A stretch of 64,000 bases of DNA. Origin: Octopus vulgaris (lineage: Eukaryota). The notes under the pieces were generated by a model. The model ran no database searches. It saw nothing but the letters and a program-made list of their open reading frames with translations, and was not told the origin of the DNA. Each line of letters begins with the position of its first letter. Position 1 is the first letter of the stretch. The stretch is taken from the NCBI GenBank assembly GCA_951406725.2, contig OX597825.1, positions 61,070,001 to 61,134,000 of the forward strand, read 5' to 3'. Made by a program: the position numbers and the translations under genes. Shown here piece after piece: positions 39,886 through 54,407 of this stretch.

Positions 39886-39950
39886 TTTAATAATTATGAA
39901 TGTTATAGTAGCTTGCTCATTGAGAAGAACGTCTTAACAAAGTAGGAATA

Positions 39951-40428
39951 TTGGGTTGTCTGGAAAGTTTGTGCCGATTTTTAAAGGAAAGAAAAAGGTC
40001 AATTATTACTTGCCATTACATTTTTAATCAACCAAATATGAACCATTTTGTTGCACAATGCATCTCCATCTTTCCTTTAACTTGAAAATACCCTCTTCCC
40101 AGAATTGAGGTGGTTTCATGGCAAAGAATTCATCAAGGTATCTGGTGAATATGGAGGGTGGGGTAACACATCCCAGCCAAGCTGCAGCAATTTTTGTCTG
40201 TTTCCCAAAGCATCAAGTGCCGAAAAAGAACTTTCTTGTTTTCTATTTTAAAGGGCTACAGAATTAACACAGGTTATAGGAACATAAACCTTCTTCCATG
40301 AAAAGATAGCTTAAACTGTGCTCTAAATGGATGTGTAGTCAAATCCTATTTTATGGACTCAACCATGTTCTAAAATAAGTCAAAATGTAAGCTACTATAA
40401 ATCGGCACAAACTTTCCGGACAACCCAA
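39951..40428 (-). mobile_element. Internally deleted mariner element with both TIRs and TA TSD
   Basis: TA-TTGGGTTGTCTGGAAAGTTTGTGCCGATTT .. AAATCGGCACAAACTTTCCGGACAACCCAA-TA. Minus strand retains LLQLGWDVLPHPPYSP and YLDEFFAMKPPQFWEEGIFKLKERWRCIVQQNGSY. Confidence 0.95.
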
Positions 40429-41776
40429 TATTTCAAAATATTATACAGGAATCAGCAGCAGAATACCTTCTGTACATGCATATATGGTGCAGATGTGTGT
40501 ATGTGTGTTTGTGAATGTGTATGTGTGTTTGTGAATGTGTATGTGTGTGTGAACATGCTTGTTTGTGTATATGCACACGTGTGTGTGTACAAAAAATTTC
40601 TCCACATATGTGTACTCACAGAATAGACTGAAAGTATTTGTTCAATCAGAAGAATAAATATTTGATCAAATTATTAGATTCTCTCTAATAACTTCCTGGA
40701 AGCAATGAAGAAGAAACATTTTTTTTCTCTACCGCTAGCATCAACAGGGTGGGAACACAATCACAGAGACTGGAATCTTCTGGAAGGAATAATTATAAAA
40801 AGATGCATATGACTATACTAACCTTTATTTTCTTCTGCTATGGGGGGAAACCAGGAAAATTAGAGACAACAAATCTCTTCTAATTAGAGTAATTATAGAG
40901 GAGCATAAATGGAATTTTTGGTGGGAGAAGGGTGAGAATTCTTAATTCTATATGAAATGGTCATACTGGAGCACTGGTTTCCAGAGGATTTACTCAATTA
41001 TATCAAATCGTACAAATATTTTGGTACACAATTTTATTGATCTACTAGAGTTGTATCATTTATATGATGGATTATGTTTGGAATATTTATTTTGCTATTC
41101 CACATGATATCCAAAATGTAACACTGGTACAATAATAATTATGAATATTTTTTTAAGTATTCATTTCATTCATTATGATCATAATGACGATGATCATGAG
41201 GATGATGATCATCATCATTGCCATCATTGTCAGTAAACATCTGGTATGAATGTTGGCATGGGTCTGTCAAGTTGGAGGATAGTGCCATATCATGGTGTGT
41301 ATTTTGGTATAGATTCTATAAATGAATGCCCTTCTTCATGCCAACCAGATAGTGTACTGGGCACTTTTTATGACACCAGCACTAGTGATGATCTCATAAC
41401 TTGTACCCTGAATATATATATAAATATATATTTATGATAATTATGACAATAATTCTCGGATGGAATTTATAAGCCTCTGAAACCAAGGAAGAATGAGTGA
41501 TGATCCCAGGCAGAGGTGTAAGAGATGGTGAGTAAGAAGTAGGAAGAGTGAGTATGGCAGTGAAGAGGAAAGAAAGAAGGTATTAGATTTTGAGAAAAGG
41601 GAAAGGGTGCAGTTGAATAAGTGACAGGGTGGGTTAAGTAGCTGAGTCTCGGGTAATCCACATATACAAATTCTCCTCATAATAATATTAAAATTTAAAT
41701 TAAATTAAATTAAAGCAAATTTCTCATTTCTGAATTTGCCATTAATATATGTTATTATATGTTATTATTGTGATTG

Positions 41777-42090
41777 TTGTGGCTTAGTGGTTAGGGTATT
41801 TACCTCATGATTGTAAGGCCATGAGTTTGATTTCTGGCAGTGTGTTGCCCCCTTGAGCAAGACTCTTTATTTCATATTACTCCAGTCCCCTCAGTTGGCA
41901 AAAATGGAGTAGTATCTGTAATTCAAAGGGCCAGCCTTTTCACATTGTGTCATACTGAATCCCACTGAGAACTACACTAATAGTACGCATGTCTGAGGAG
42001 CATGCAGCCATCTACACATTAATTTCTTGAGCAGACTGTTCTGTCGATGAAATCAATTGGAACCCTTTTCACCATAAGCGATGGAGCATC
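41777..42090 (+). mobile_element. tRNA-derived SINE (family D)
   Basis: TGTGGCTTAGTGGTTAGGG..GAGTTTGATTTC..CTTGAGCAAGACTCTTTATTTC..TCAAAGGGCCAGCC. Homologues at 53255-53575(+), 57172-57600(+) and 48030-48235(-). Confidence 0.8.
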
Positions 42091-42573
42091 ATTTAGTTAC
42101 TCATATTATCAATAACAATAATACAGTATATTTATTAATTACAGGTGTAGTGTTACCTGATAGTGGCAAAAGTATGTTCGCACTATTACTTGTCAAATAC
42201 CAGGTAATGTTCCATTTTGTATAAAGTGATCAATTACACAAGGATAAGAGTTATCAGCCCATGGGAGGATGGTCAAACAGAATCAGATGGAAATTCACTA
42301 TCACTTATATTAATAGATATTTATTGAATGATTGAATTAAAATATATGTGAAGAATTGCTTTTAGTGATATAAACACCTTTAAGATGTTTCTATTGACTT
42401 ACACAAACACAAGCATACATATGTGCATGCACATACACATACAGACTCACTCACACACACACAGACACACATACATTTATTTGTTTAGTGATAAGTAACC
42501 CTCAGAGATTTAGTACTAGTGCAGTTTTGCATTTTTGGAGAATCCATAAGAGAATATATATATATAGAGAGAG

Positions 42574-42612
<39 letters not shown>

Positions 42613-42663
42613 TACACAGAGTGATAGAGATACATTTATAAATATACATGTGTATATCTATAA

Positions 42664-42702
<39 letters not shown>

Positions 42703-42832
42703 CATATATGCGTATGCTTGTATGTGTGTCTGTGTATATATATATATATATATATATACATATATGTGTATGCTTGTATGTGTATCTGTGTATATATATA
42801 CATATATATATCTATATAGATAGATATGTTTT

Positions 42833-42908
<76 letters not shown>

Positions 42909-43090
42909 GATAGATATGTTTTTATGTATATATATATATATATACATATACATAACATATGTATATTGGAAGAAATTGAAAATAAAACAATGACACTATA
43001 TAACAAATATTTCAAATAATTTTATTATCGTTATTGCATTTGACAGATGATTGAAACTGAAAGAAAACCATTATGTATATGTGTGTCTGA

Positions 43091-43133
<43 letters not shown>

Positions 43134-43571
43134 GTCATAGCACCATTGTTGTAAATTCATGTGTCTTAAATTTCCAAACTTTCATAAAAATATGTCCTGT
43201 CATTAGGAATTATTACTTTGCTTTGAAACAGGTGAAGGTTAATGACAAGAAAGGTTTCTGGCAATTGAAGGGGTTGAAATGCTTGTGCCCCTCAGATCCC
43301 TGCTGATGATACAAAAGTATTTCTGGCATTGTGATAGATTTAGAAGGGCTTACAAAACCTTTAAGTGGCTCCCACTGTATCTGCAAATGACAAAGCATCT
43401 CTGATGTTTATTTCACCTACCTCAACATATTCACTCTGACCCATGCGAGCATGGAAATGTGAAATTTGAAACAAAAATGATGACGATGATGATGAAAACA
43501 CTGACATTGTTGTCGATGAGCCTCATAAAGATGATGACAATGATGACTTCAATGCCAATGCTATCACCAAT

Positions 43572-44310
<739 letters not shown>

Positions 44311-45110
44311 CCTCTGACTTAGCGAAGGTGAAAGTATTGTTTTTGAGCCATGTTTGTAATTGGGTGCTGATAGTTCCAAGCATGCCAATTACTATCAGTG
44401 TCACGTCCATGCTCTTCATCTCTCACTTCAATGCTCTTCACGCTGCTCATGTTACTCATTGTTACTTCATTGTTACTCTTTTATTCTTTTACTTGTTTCA
44501 GTCATTTGACTGCAGTCATACTGGAACACCACCTTTACTCGAACAAATCAACCCCAGGACTTATTCTTTGTAAGCTTAGTACTTATTCTATCGGTCTCTT
44601 TTACTGAACCACTAAGTTATGGGGATGCAAACACACCATCACCGGTTGCCAAGTGAAGGTGGTGGGGACAAACACAGATACACAAGCATATACCTATACG
44701 ACGGGCTTCTTTCAATTTCTGTCTACCAAATCCACTCACAAGGCTTTAGTCAGCCCAAGGCTATAGCAGAAGACACTTGCCCAAGGTGCCATGCCATGGG
44801 TCTGAACCCAGAACCATGTGGTTGGGAAGCAAGTTTCTTACCACACAGCCATGTTCACTATTTCATCTTATTTCTCTTTCATCCTGTTGTCACCAAGACA
44901 TGCTAAATTGATTATAATGTGTGTTTTTAACTTTTAGTTCACAACAACGACATCAGGTTTCTGATGTCTCTTCTGGTGGTCACACCACATCATTGCATTC
45001 CACAAGGATCTTGCAATCTTCATTATCAGTAACTTCTTCTGAGATTTGGTCATACAACATCTTTGGTCTTTGTATCATCATCATTATGATATATTTGAAA
45101 TCCTTGAAGT
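44311..45110 (-). mobile_element. R4/Dong-clade non-LTR retrotransposon 3' end (restriction-like endonuclease domain), interrupted by SINE A
   Basis: Minus strand, with a frameshift: ..EVTDNEDCKI/LWNAMMWCDHQKRHQKPDVVVVN*K..IIINLACLGDNRMKEK* [SINE 44476-44852] ..MDVTLIVIGMLGTISTQLQTWL. This matches the KILWD..RPDIVV..IIDIAxPxD..PVVIGALGT pattern. The 3' end abuts (TAA)n. Confidence 0.82.
44476..44852 (-). mobile_element. SINE family A
   Basis: Reverse complement of the family A head, core and tail. Confidence 0.88.
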
Positions 45111-46014
45111 TCTTCTACTCTATGGTACTGGTTTACTGTTATAATATCAAAAAATATCTCAATTTATTTGAATATGATCAGCTAGGAGGAGTGGCAATAT
45201 TGAATTAAAAATCTGTCAGTTATTTTAGTTACAATGTTTTAACATCTGTCTCTTATCTAATGGATAGCAAAAATATACAGAAATATTTAATTAATTGATC
45301 AATTGTTCCTATGGTTTTACAATGAAAAATGCTGCTTGCTTGTAGATAATTCACAACTACAGCGATAGCAACAGATTGAGACATGTCGGAGCCATGGATA
45401 TTTAAAAAAAAAAAAAGAAAATCACACAAAAGATGGTTGCCTTTATCAAAGTTTTGCAATATACATATTCAGAAATAGAATGTGTTTTCTATTCATCTTC
45501 CCCACATCCATAGCTATCTAAAACCAGAGAGCTCAGATAGATTGAAAATCTGATGGAAGATAAATATGAGTGGAATAATATAATATTTCTGTTGTTGAAA
45601 ATTGTTATATAATTGTCAATAGATTCATGAAATGTTGTTGGAATGATTTATGATGGTGAAAAAACAAAAAAAAAACAAAAAAAAAAAACACAGGCTCCAT
45701 TGCTGTAAAAAAAAAAGAAAAAATCGAATATACAACTAACATGAAATACATCCTTATTATCTGGCAGATTACTTCTTCTCTTTTGTCTAATTGAGATAAA
45801 ACAATATACAGAAATAATTACATTTTGGAAGAGTCATTTCAGCTATTTAAGAACCTACAAAAATCTGTTCACTTTCATTTATTACTAAATAGTATTATCT
45901 ATTTATGAAGAAGTGAAAACTTTCATCACATTTCTGTGGCTTAGTTGCCAACAGAATTCCACATCTCGTGGGAGGCAGTTTCAGGTCACGTTTTAAAAAG
46001 CCTGATGAACATTT

Positions 46015-46220
46015 TCATTCTTTCTTTCTTTCCTTCTTTTCTTCTTTCCTTCCTTCTTCTTTCCTTCCTTCTTCATTCCTTCTTTCCTTCATTCCTTTAT
46101 TCCTTCTTTCCTTCCTTCTTTTTTTCTTTCCTTCTGTCTTTCCTTCCTTCTTCCTTTTAGTGTCTTTCTTTTTCTTCTTTCTTTCTTTTATCTTTCATTT
46201 ACTTTCTTTCTTTCTTTTTC
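46015..46220. repeat. Polypyrimidine (CTTT/CCTT)n tract
   Basis: About 200 bp, almost exclusively C/T. Confidence 0.9.
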
Positions 46221-46263
46221 AGTATATTGGCAAAGAAAAATTTTTTTTGCCCATATTTATAAT

Positions 46264-46301
<38 letters not shown>

Positions 46302-46624
46302 GACAGACAGACAGACAGATAAACAGGCAGATAGATAGATAGATAAATTAAAGTAAGATTAGTAACAAAGCCTTCTTGTGTATATACATACCAAACTTCA
46401 GTGAATAAATGTTACAACTTGGTTTTGGTAAGATATTTCTTTTCTTTGGTGTTTTGTGGTTTCATGCCTGTGTTTGTTCACTGGTTTGCATTTGCATTTA
46501 TATTTTTTGTTTGTGGTTTGCTGATTGGTAGATATTTTGCTATTTTTCTTCCTCTTCATTGGTTATTTTATTCATGAGGACACCTGTTTATAATTTGATG
46601 AGGGTACCTTTTTTTTTTATATTT

Positions 46625-47025
46625 TTATCTAGTTTCAGCTCACAAGCTGTGGCCATGCTGGGGCACTGCTATTTGGTGTTGCTAGATGATTTTACTTCAT
46701 GAATGCTTTTTAGCAATTGCCATTTGGTACATAAGGGAGTTCGATTCAGCTGCCCTCATCTGCACCTCCGGTCGTGAAGTTGGTTCATCTGGGACACCTG
46801 ACAAGAAGAGATCCAGTTTTATTTTAAAAACATCTGCATCTACCCCATGCAGGTCTCTTAGGTTCTTCGGGAGGATATTGAAGAGCTGTGGGCCTCGGAA
46901 GCCCAGGCTATCACAGTATCTTGTCCTACATCATGATGGCAAATTTGGAGTCCTTGGCACTATGCAGTGGCGCCCAGTTCTGGCATTTGTGTAACTCTCG
47001 ATGCCAAAGTTTGGGACAAGTCCTG
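46625..47025 (-). mobile_element. CR1/L2-group LINE 3' end
   Basis: GLVPNFGIESYTNARTGRHCIVP..RTRYCDSLGFRGPQLFNILPKNLRDLHGVDADVFKIKLDLFLSGVPDEPT..RAAESNSL. Tail GTGCCCCAGCATGGCCACAGCTTGTGAGCTGAAACTAGA. Confidence 0.88.
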
Positions 47026-47129
47026 TTTATAATTTGTTTATTCATTCTAAATTTATCTGTTAAGGATGTTCTTTTGTTTTGCTATATTGTTTTTTTTTGA
47101 AAATGTCAGAAAATATTTTTATAGATGTT

Positions 47130-47474
47130 ACCTGCATCACCTTACTGGCACTTGTACTGGTGGCATGTGAAAAAACATTCAAGTGAGGTCGTTGCCAGTA
47201 CCGCTACACTGGCTCCTGTGCAAGTGGCACATAAAAAACACCATTTGAGCGTGGCCATTGCCAGTACCACCTGACTGGCCCCCATGCCGGTGGCATGTAA
47301 AAGCAACAACTACACTCTTGGAGTGGTTGGCATTAGGAAGGGCATCCAGCTGCAGAAACTCTGCCAGATCAGACTGGAGCCTGGTACAGCCATCTGGTTC
47401 ACCAGAGCTCAGTCAAATCGTCCAACCCATGCTAGCCTGGAAAGCGGACGTTAAATGATGATGATGATGATGAT
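47130..47474 (+). mobile_element. RTE 3' UTR-derived retroposon (family C)
   Basis: Closely similar to 20580-20892, with a (GAT)n tail. Confidence 0.85.
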
Positions 47475-47769
47475 CTTTGTACATCTCACTGTGAAAATGC
47501 TTCAAGGGTGAATGATTATGATGTGACTCTTGAAAAGTACTTGTGTTTATTTCAGTGAGGGAGTATATTTTAGGGTGCATCTGTTGTGTGTGTGTGTGTT
47601 TGCATGTGAAGATTAAGAATTTATATAATTGTTGATGAATCTTATTACAGTTGACTGATGATGGCTGGAATATTTGAGAGTATTGGTTGTGTATGAATTT
47701 TGATCAAGTCTTTTTTTTTTATGGCATCTGTGTGTTTGTCTAGAAATGTGTCATCCTCTGTTTGGAGTT

Positions 47770-47900
47770 CAGACCATTTCTTGTAGATGAATTTCTTTTG
47801 GTGTTTGCAGCATGATAAGAGTTCATTCCTTTTGTCTAGACTTTATATACTCTGTGTGAACATGTGGTATCTTTTGTGGTACATTTCATTTATGTAAAAT
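47770..47900 (-). mobile_element. Penelope-like element GIY-YIG C-terminal remnant
   Basis: Minus strand LDKRNELLSCCKHQKKFIYK resembles the LNKRxELxxxCRHxxKF terminus of PLE endonucleases. Confidence 0.6.
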
Positions 47901-49207
47901 GGTGCTCACCATTATGTAAACTATTTATGAATTATAAGAATAGCGAATTTGTATCTTGAAAATGTATTATGTATCAAAAATATTGTTTTTAATTCATCAA
48001 ACAAATAATACAAGAAATATGATAATTGCCAGTCCATCGCAGCATTACCCAAGAAACAGGAAGAGAGAGTGAGAAAAAGTTGTGACGAAAGAGTACAACA
48101 GGGGGCGCCACCACCCCCTGCTGGAGTCTCATGGAGCTTTTGGGTGTTTTCCCTCAATAAACACACACAACACCCAGTTTGGGAATTGAAACTGCGAGTA
48201 CACTGCCCTAACCACTGGGTCATTGCACTTCCACACATCTAGATAAGCTATGTCAGAAAATAAAATTGTCTTAGATGTATCATATTTAAATATAATGTGA
48301 TCTTAGACATACTATGTCTCAATAGGATGTAGATCCAAGTCCATGAGCTGGCAGAATTATTATCACACCAGGCAAAATGCTCAGTGGCATTTCATCTCTG
48401 TCTTTACATTCTGAGCTCAAATTCCACTGAGGTCAACTTTGCTTTTCATCCTTTCAGGGTCGATAAAATAAATACTAATCAAACACTGGGGCTGCTGTAA
48501 TTGACCTACCCAATTCCCCAAAATTGCTAGCCCTGTGCCAAAATTTAAAACCGATATGGTGTGGAGCTAATATACCATGCCTTGATTAAATATAGCCCTA
48601 GATATACTACATCTGAATATATGATGGTTTGGTTACAGTTTGAACCTCTCTGGTAAAAGATTGGTTGGATCAGAAGTGATTACAGTTAAATAACAACCAA
48701 CATTTCTACTCCTTGCTGCAAAATATGAACGAGGAAAACAGAATTATAACAATATCTCATTGATTGTCATGTCTGCCTCAATATTTCAAATGTTTACAAT
48801 TCCATAAGCATATTTACAACAATAGTAATAACTAAAATATCTCTATATGTAATAGCTTTATGTATTTATATTGCTGTTTTAGTTCCCAAGGAAAAATATT
48901 GATCCTCTTCAAAAAAAAAAAAAGTGCTATCAACAACATTGTTATTATTGTTGTTGTTGCTGTTGTAGACATTATTACTGTTATTGTTATTGTTGTTGAT
49001 GATAATATTTTTGTTATTCCAACTTTAAACTTACATATTTGAATTTGAACATAATTTTAGCTATATCCATAAACTAGAGAATATCTCATAATTATAGATA
49101 AGTTATATATATATATATGTGTGTGTGTGTGTAAATATATATACATGTATATATATAGATATGTATACATACACATACATATATATATGTGTGTGTGTAT
49201 ATGTCCA

Positions 49208-49245
<38 letters not shown>

Positions 49246-49290
49246 CATATATAAGTGCATGTGTCTATATATATATGTATACATACACAT

Positions 49291-49347
<57 letters not shown>

Positions 49348-51099
49348 TACATAAGCACATATTTATATATATAAGAAGGATGTTGTCTGCATTTGGAGTT
49401 ATTTTCTGTCTGTCTTTTTTGTACCTTTTTTTTCCTCCTTTCTTACAATATATTTTATGAATTATCTGATTATAAAAATTGTTTTCCAGAAATCTCATGT
49501 TTGAAAAATTACATATAATTTTTCAAAATATTATTTCTATACTTCATATTTTGATATATCTTACAAAATAAGTCACCAATTTGATCAAATTTTAAAATGG
49601 AAAATGTGCTTATTTATATATTATTTTAAAGAAGCAGAACAAGAATAAGTAATTATTCTAAATAATCCTAATTGAATGTGAAGAATTTTGCAAAATATGT
49701 TTTAAAAAATTATTTCATATTTCTCTAAATTAAAAACATAGTATTATATAGAATATCCGATCATATTTCTGGTCACTTAAAAATAACATTTTTTTTCTAT
49801 AATAAAATTACATAAGTGTATGAAGAATTGTTGGAAAATATTACATGATAGCAATTTACAAGTAACACAGCTATATTACAAAATATTCATGCATCTTCAG
49901 CTGAAAACTTTCACATCATCATCGTGATTGTCATCATTATTGCTGTCATTGTTATCATGATTGTTGTTCTTAGTTGTCATCCACATCAATATCGTTGTTG
50001 TTCTTGGCATTGTCATCATCATCCTCATCATCATTGTCATCATCATCACCACCATTGCTGTCATCACCAGTATCATCATCATCTTCATCATCATCATCAT
50101 CCTCATCATCATCGTCGTCGTCATCGTCATCATCATCATCATCATCATCGTTGTCATTTACTTCTGTTTCCTATGCTGTCATGGGTTGGACAGTTTGACA
50201 AGAGGTGGCCAGCTGGAGAGCAGCCCAAGCTCCTTGTTTTTTCCCAGCATGGTTTCTATGGCTCAATGCCCTTCATAATACCAACCAGTTTACAGAGTGC
50301 CCTGGAATGGGTACACTGACATGGGTACACTAGCGTGCGTTCACTAATATGGGTACTTTTGTGAGATTTTGGTGTAAGTGCTTTTTATGTTATGCCGGCA
50401 CAAGTGGTTTTTACATGGTGCTGACATGAGTACTTTGTCCTTAATATCATTGTAATCAATTTCTTTGTCATCATCAAAGTCATTACCATAATCATTATCA
50501 TTGCCGCTGTCATCATTATTATTGTCATCCTTGTTTTCTTTGCTATCACCATCATTATTTTGCATCTGCTTTCTGATGTTTGCCTCAGTCTTCATAGACA
50601 GAATTAGTTCTTTTTTAGGGTTAGGTTTTATTGCTTACTCTTAGATGTGGTTGGAACCACATCTCACTCTGACATTCCACTTTTTGGCATATTTTCTATG
50701 GCTGGTGGCACCTTATGAATTTTCTGCTTAGACAGAAAGTGATATGGTAAAGAAGAGAAGTGTAATTGACCCAAGTCAACCCAATACATTACTGCTACAT
50801 ACATTATGATTCCTCCTCATCATCATTTAACACCTGGCTGGTATGGATGGATTGGTCAATTGAATAGCGTTTGATGAATTGAAGGACTGCATCATATATC
50901 ATCGTCAAGCTTGGTACCGTTTCCTTGGTTGGATGCCTTTCTTAATACTATTTTACAGAGTGTCATAGGTGTAGTTTTTAAGGCACCAGCTCTAGTGAAG
51001 ATTACCTTGTAAATTATAAGGCTAAGGGCTTGAAGAGGACTCTATAATTTAGGGAGAATAGGAGAGAGAGAGTGAGAGAGTGGGTGAACAGCATATTAA

Positions 51100-51306
51100 C
51101 CCTTTTGTTACTGAATTTATTTTGCAATGCTCTGTGTTTCTTTCAATTACTTTAAATATAACAAAGAATTTAGTAAAATTCAACTAGAGTTAGGAACATA
51201 AATTGTGACTACGGTTTCGTAGAAGATTTTAATTCAAAACTTATGAAAACAAGACATTTGTATTACAGAGCCAGAGCTGGTTTCAGCCAGGTTGGTAATG
51301 AAAGGG
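51100..51306. mobile_element. piggyBac-type MITE with TTAA TSD
   Basis: TTAA-CCCTTTTGTTAC .. GTAATGAAAGGG-TTAA. Confidence 0.85.
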
Positions 51307-52512
51307 TTAAATGAAAACAGATTTCTAACAATCTGAACTCATGACACAGAAAGATGAAAGCTATAAATATTTGTGGTAGACCAACCAGATGGCAGTTCCC
51401 AGTTACCTTATTTGCCCCTATCAAACTATAGATCCAGTTTGTAAGAAGTTAAAAATGAATATTGTATAGATTTGAAGTTCCTGATATTTTAGTATTCATT
51501 TAACGTTTAACATTATTTTGTGGTGTTGCTTCCCTTTTGTTTATGTTTATTATAAGTTTGCAACATATATTGGTGATCTCATTAGGGGTCAGTCTAATTT
51601 CATTAGATTTAAGACGTTAGTCTGCCACAAAAAATTTGTGCTTCAATAATTTTTGAATCATTCATGTCCTGTTTTATCACAAGAAGGAATTAAATGATTC
51701 AAGCATACCAAGAGGTTTGGAAATAATGCTCAAATTCTTTGGCTTTCTACTTTAAAAAAAAAAAAATTTCGACCAGTACATTTTTGACCAAAGAGTATAA
51801 AATAAATATATAAATAAATAAATAAATAATAACTAAATAAATAAAAGATGGAAAAATACCAATTTCGATATATTGAATATTTTATGAATTCATGACTAAC
51901 ATTAGCAAAAAGGAAACTTTTGCTAGAAACTTGGGAAATTTTATGACACGAATTTTAATCAGAACCAAAAAAAAGAAAAAAAGAGAGGAAAAAGAGAGAG
52001 AGAGGGTGAGTGAGAAAAAGAGAGAGAAAGAAAATTTTGGATGAAATTAAGCTTTTCTTTCCATTTGTATTTTAAATTTGAATATTTTTTTACTACTGCA
52101 ATTTCTTAATTCTTATAACATCTTCAGTTGTGAAGCCAGGAGTGAGATTAAGTTGTAATAATTGAAACTGTGCCATAAGCGAAACATGATTGAGAATCAG
52201 TAGTAGAAGAAGTCGTCCAATATTGCTTTGTTAAAATTAAACCAATGAACGTTAATACATTGAGTTTCTTAAACTCAACGACATCATATTTATAATGTCC
52301 CAAGAGAGCTTACCATTTCTGCAAGTACGATAAATGAATTTATTCTGATACCTATCTTAAACTGGTAGTACTTCCAAATTGTATCAAATAAGAACACTAC
52401 TGAGACAAATATACTGCTTTAATTCAGTCTAAACTAGCAGTAGTAAACTGTTATTACTTATATTGATTTCTTATATTAGCACAACACCACAAAACTGTAA
52501 ATGAATTGAATA

Positions 52513-53100
52513 AGGTGGTGAGCTGGCAGAAATGTTAGCATGCCAGGCGAAATGGTTAGTGGCATTTCGTCTGTCTTTGTGTTCTGAGTTCAAATTCCGC
52601 CAAGGTCAACTTTGCCTTTCAGCCTTTCGGGGTTTATAAATTAAGTACCAGTTATGCACTGGAGTCGATGTAATAGACTTAATCCCTTGTTTGTCTCCTC
52701 TATGTTTAGCACCTTGTGAGCAATAAAGAAATAAGAAATATTAGCTTGCCGGGCGAAATGGTTAGTTGCATTTCAACTCTCTTATGTTCTGAGTTCAAAT
52801 TGCACCAAGGTAGACTTTTCCTTTCATCCTTTTAGGGTCTATAAATTAAGTACCAGTTATGCACTGGGGTCGATGGAATCGAATTAATCCCTTTGTCTAT
52901 CCTTGTTTGTCCCCTCTATGTTTAGCCCCTTGTGGGCAATAAAGAAATAAGAAATGTTAGCACGCCAGGGGAAATGGTTAGTGGCATTTCGTCTGTCTTT
53001 ATGTTCTGAGTTCAAATTGCACCAATGTAGACTTTGCCTTTCAATTTTTTCGAATTTGATAAATTAAGTACCAGTTGCATACTGGGGTCAATCTTATCGA
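52513..53100 (+). mobile_element. Head-to-tail trimer of SINE family B
   Basis: Units start near 52513, 52735 and 52950. The later units lack the first about 15 nt and join through AGAAAT. Confidence 0.9.
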
Positions 53101-53967
53101 CTGCACCCTTGTACCTAGAGTAGAAAAGAATTGACTTCTACAGGTGACTGGTGCTACTTTAATGAACTCCACTTGTCTTATGATTACTCAGTATGCAAGC
53201 TTGACTCTGTGCATGTGTGTGTGTATGTGTGTGTGTGTGAGTGTAAGAAGGTATATGGCTCAGTGGTTAGGGTATTCAGCTCTTGATGGTAAGATCATAA
53301 GTTCAATTCCTGGTAATGCATTGTGTCATTGAACAAAACACTTTATCTCATGCTGCTCCTATACTCTCCCCTGACAAAAGTGAACAGGACCTGTATTTCA
53401 AAGGGCTAGCCTAGTCACATTCTGTGTCACACTGAAGCTCCCCTGAGAACAAAATTAAGGGTTATGCATGTCAGTGGAGTGTTTTTCAACCACTCGAATC
53501 TTAATTCCATAAGCAGGCTGTTCCATTGTTCAAATCAACTGGAACCCTTGTCATCATAACCGACAGAGTGCCAGTGTGTGTGCATGTGTGTGTGTGTGTG
53601 TGTGTGTTTGTGTATGTGCCATCATCATCATTTTATTGTACATTTTTCCATGCTCACATGAGTCAGTTGATATTTGTTGAGAAGATTTTCTAAAGCCAGA
53701 TGTCAATCCTACCATTAAACCCTCACCTGTTTCTAAGTAAGGTCATCTTTTTTACCCCCATGGATGGATACGTTTTGCCAGAGACTTGAAAATAAAGAAC
53801 ATCAGTTATAAAAGGAGTGACACTTTTTAACAATCACACAATGTTGAGACAAGTAGACACCAACTCACACCCACACACATGCCCACACACACACACACTC
53901 ACTCTCACACATACATACATATATTTACATACACATATATGCATGTATGTATATGTGTGTGTGTGTA

Positions 53968-54091
53968 CAGGGTGGGCCAAAAGTCAGATATCAAACTTAA
54001 CACTCATTCAATATATATTGCACATTTTAAAAACAACACTAATATAGTAAAAATGTCAAATGTTTTGGTGCATGACATTTGGCCCATGCTG
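53968..54091. mobile_element. Small Tc1-type MITE
   Basis: TA-CAGGGTGGGCCAAAAGTC .. GACATTTGGCCCATGCTG, imperfect TIRs. Confidence 0.6.
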
Positions 54092-54093
54092 GT

Positions 54094-54147
<54 letters not shown>

Positions 54148-54152
54148 TAGTA

Positions 54153-54186
<34 letters not shown>

Positions 54187-54188
<2 letters not shown>

Positions 54189-54403
54189 CAAGAACAGAGA
54201 GGCAGCATGGAATTTTGTCAGTGAACAGGTTGCAGTTTCAAAGCAACTACAATATTTTGACAAATTAAATTTAAATGTTGAAGTGAATCTAATGGTTTTT
54301 GTGTGTTTTAAATGGCTTATAAACACCTTCCATGCTGCAATTGCTTTTGTTTCAGCACATGATCTTAGAACAAGTCTCTTGCTATGCGAGTACATCTCCA
54401 TAA
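54187..54403 (+). mobile_element. Short non-coding PLE-pLTR-like element with a degenerate G3-C8 hammerhead motif (54214-54264)
   Basis: Homologous to 61550-61746 (-). Reads TTTGTCA-GTGAACA-G-GTTGC..GCAAC-TACA-ATAT-TT-TGACAAA, with the GAAA box mutated. Confidence 0.7.
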
Positions 54404-54407
54404 TATA

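Noticed and set aside
44921-45208. + strand ORF with an upstream splice acceptor and hydrophobic tail, resembling a terminal exon
   Set aside because: The opposite strand carries R4/Dong endonuclease motifs, which explain the sequence.
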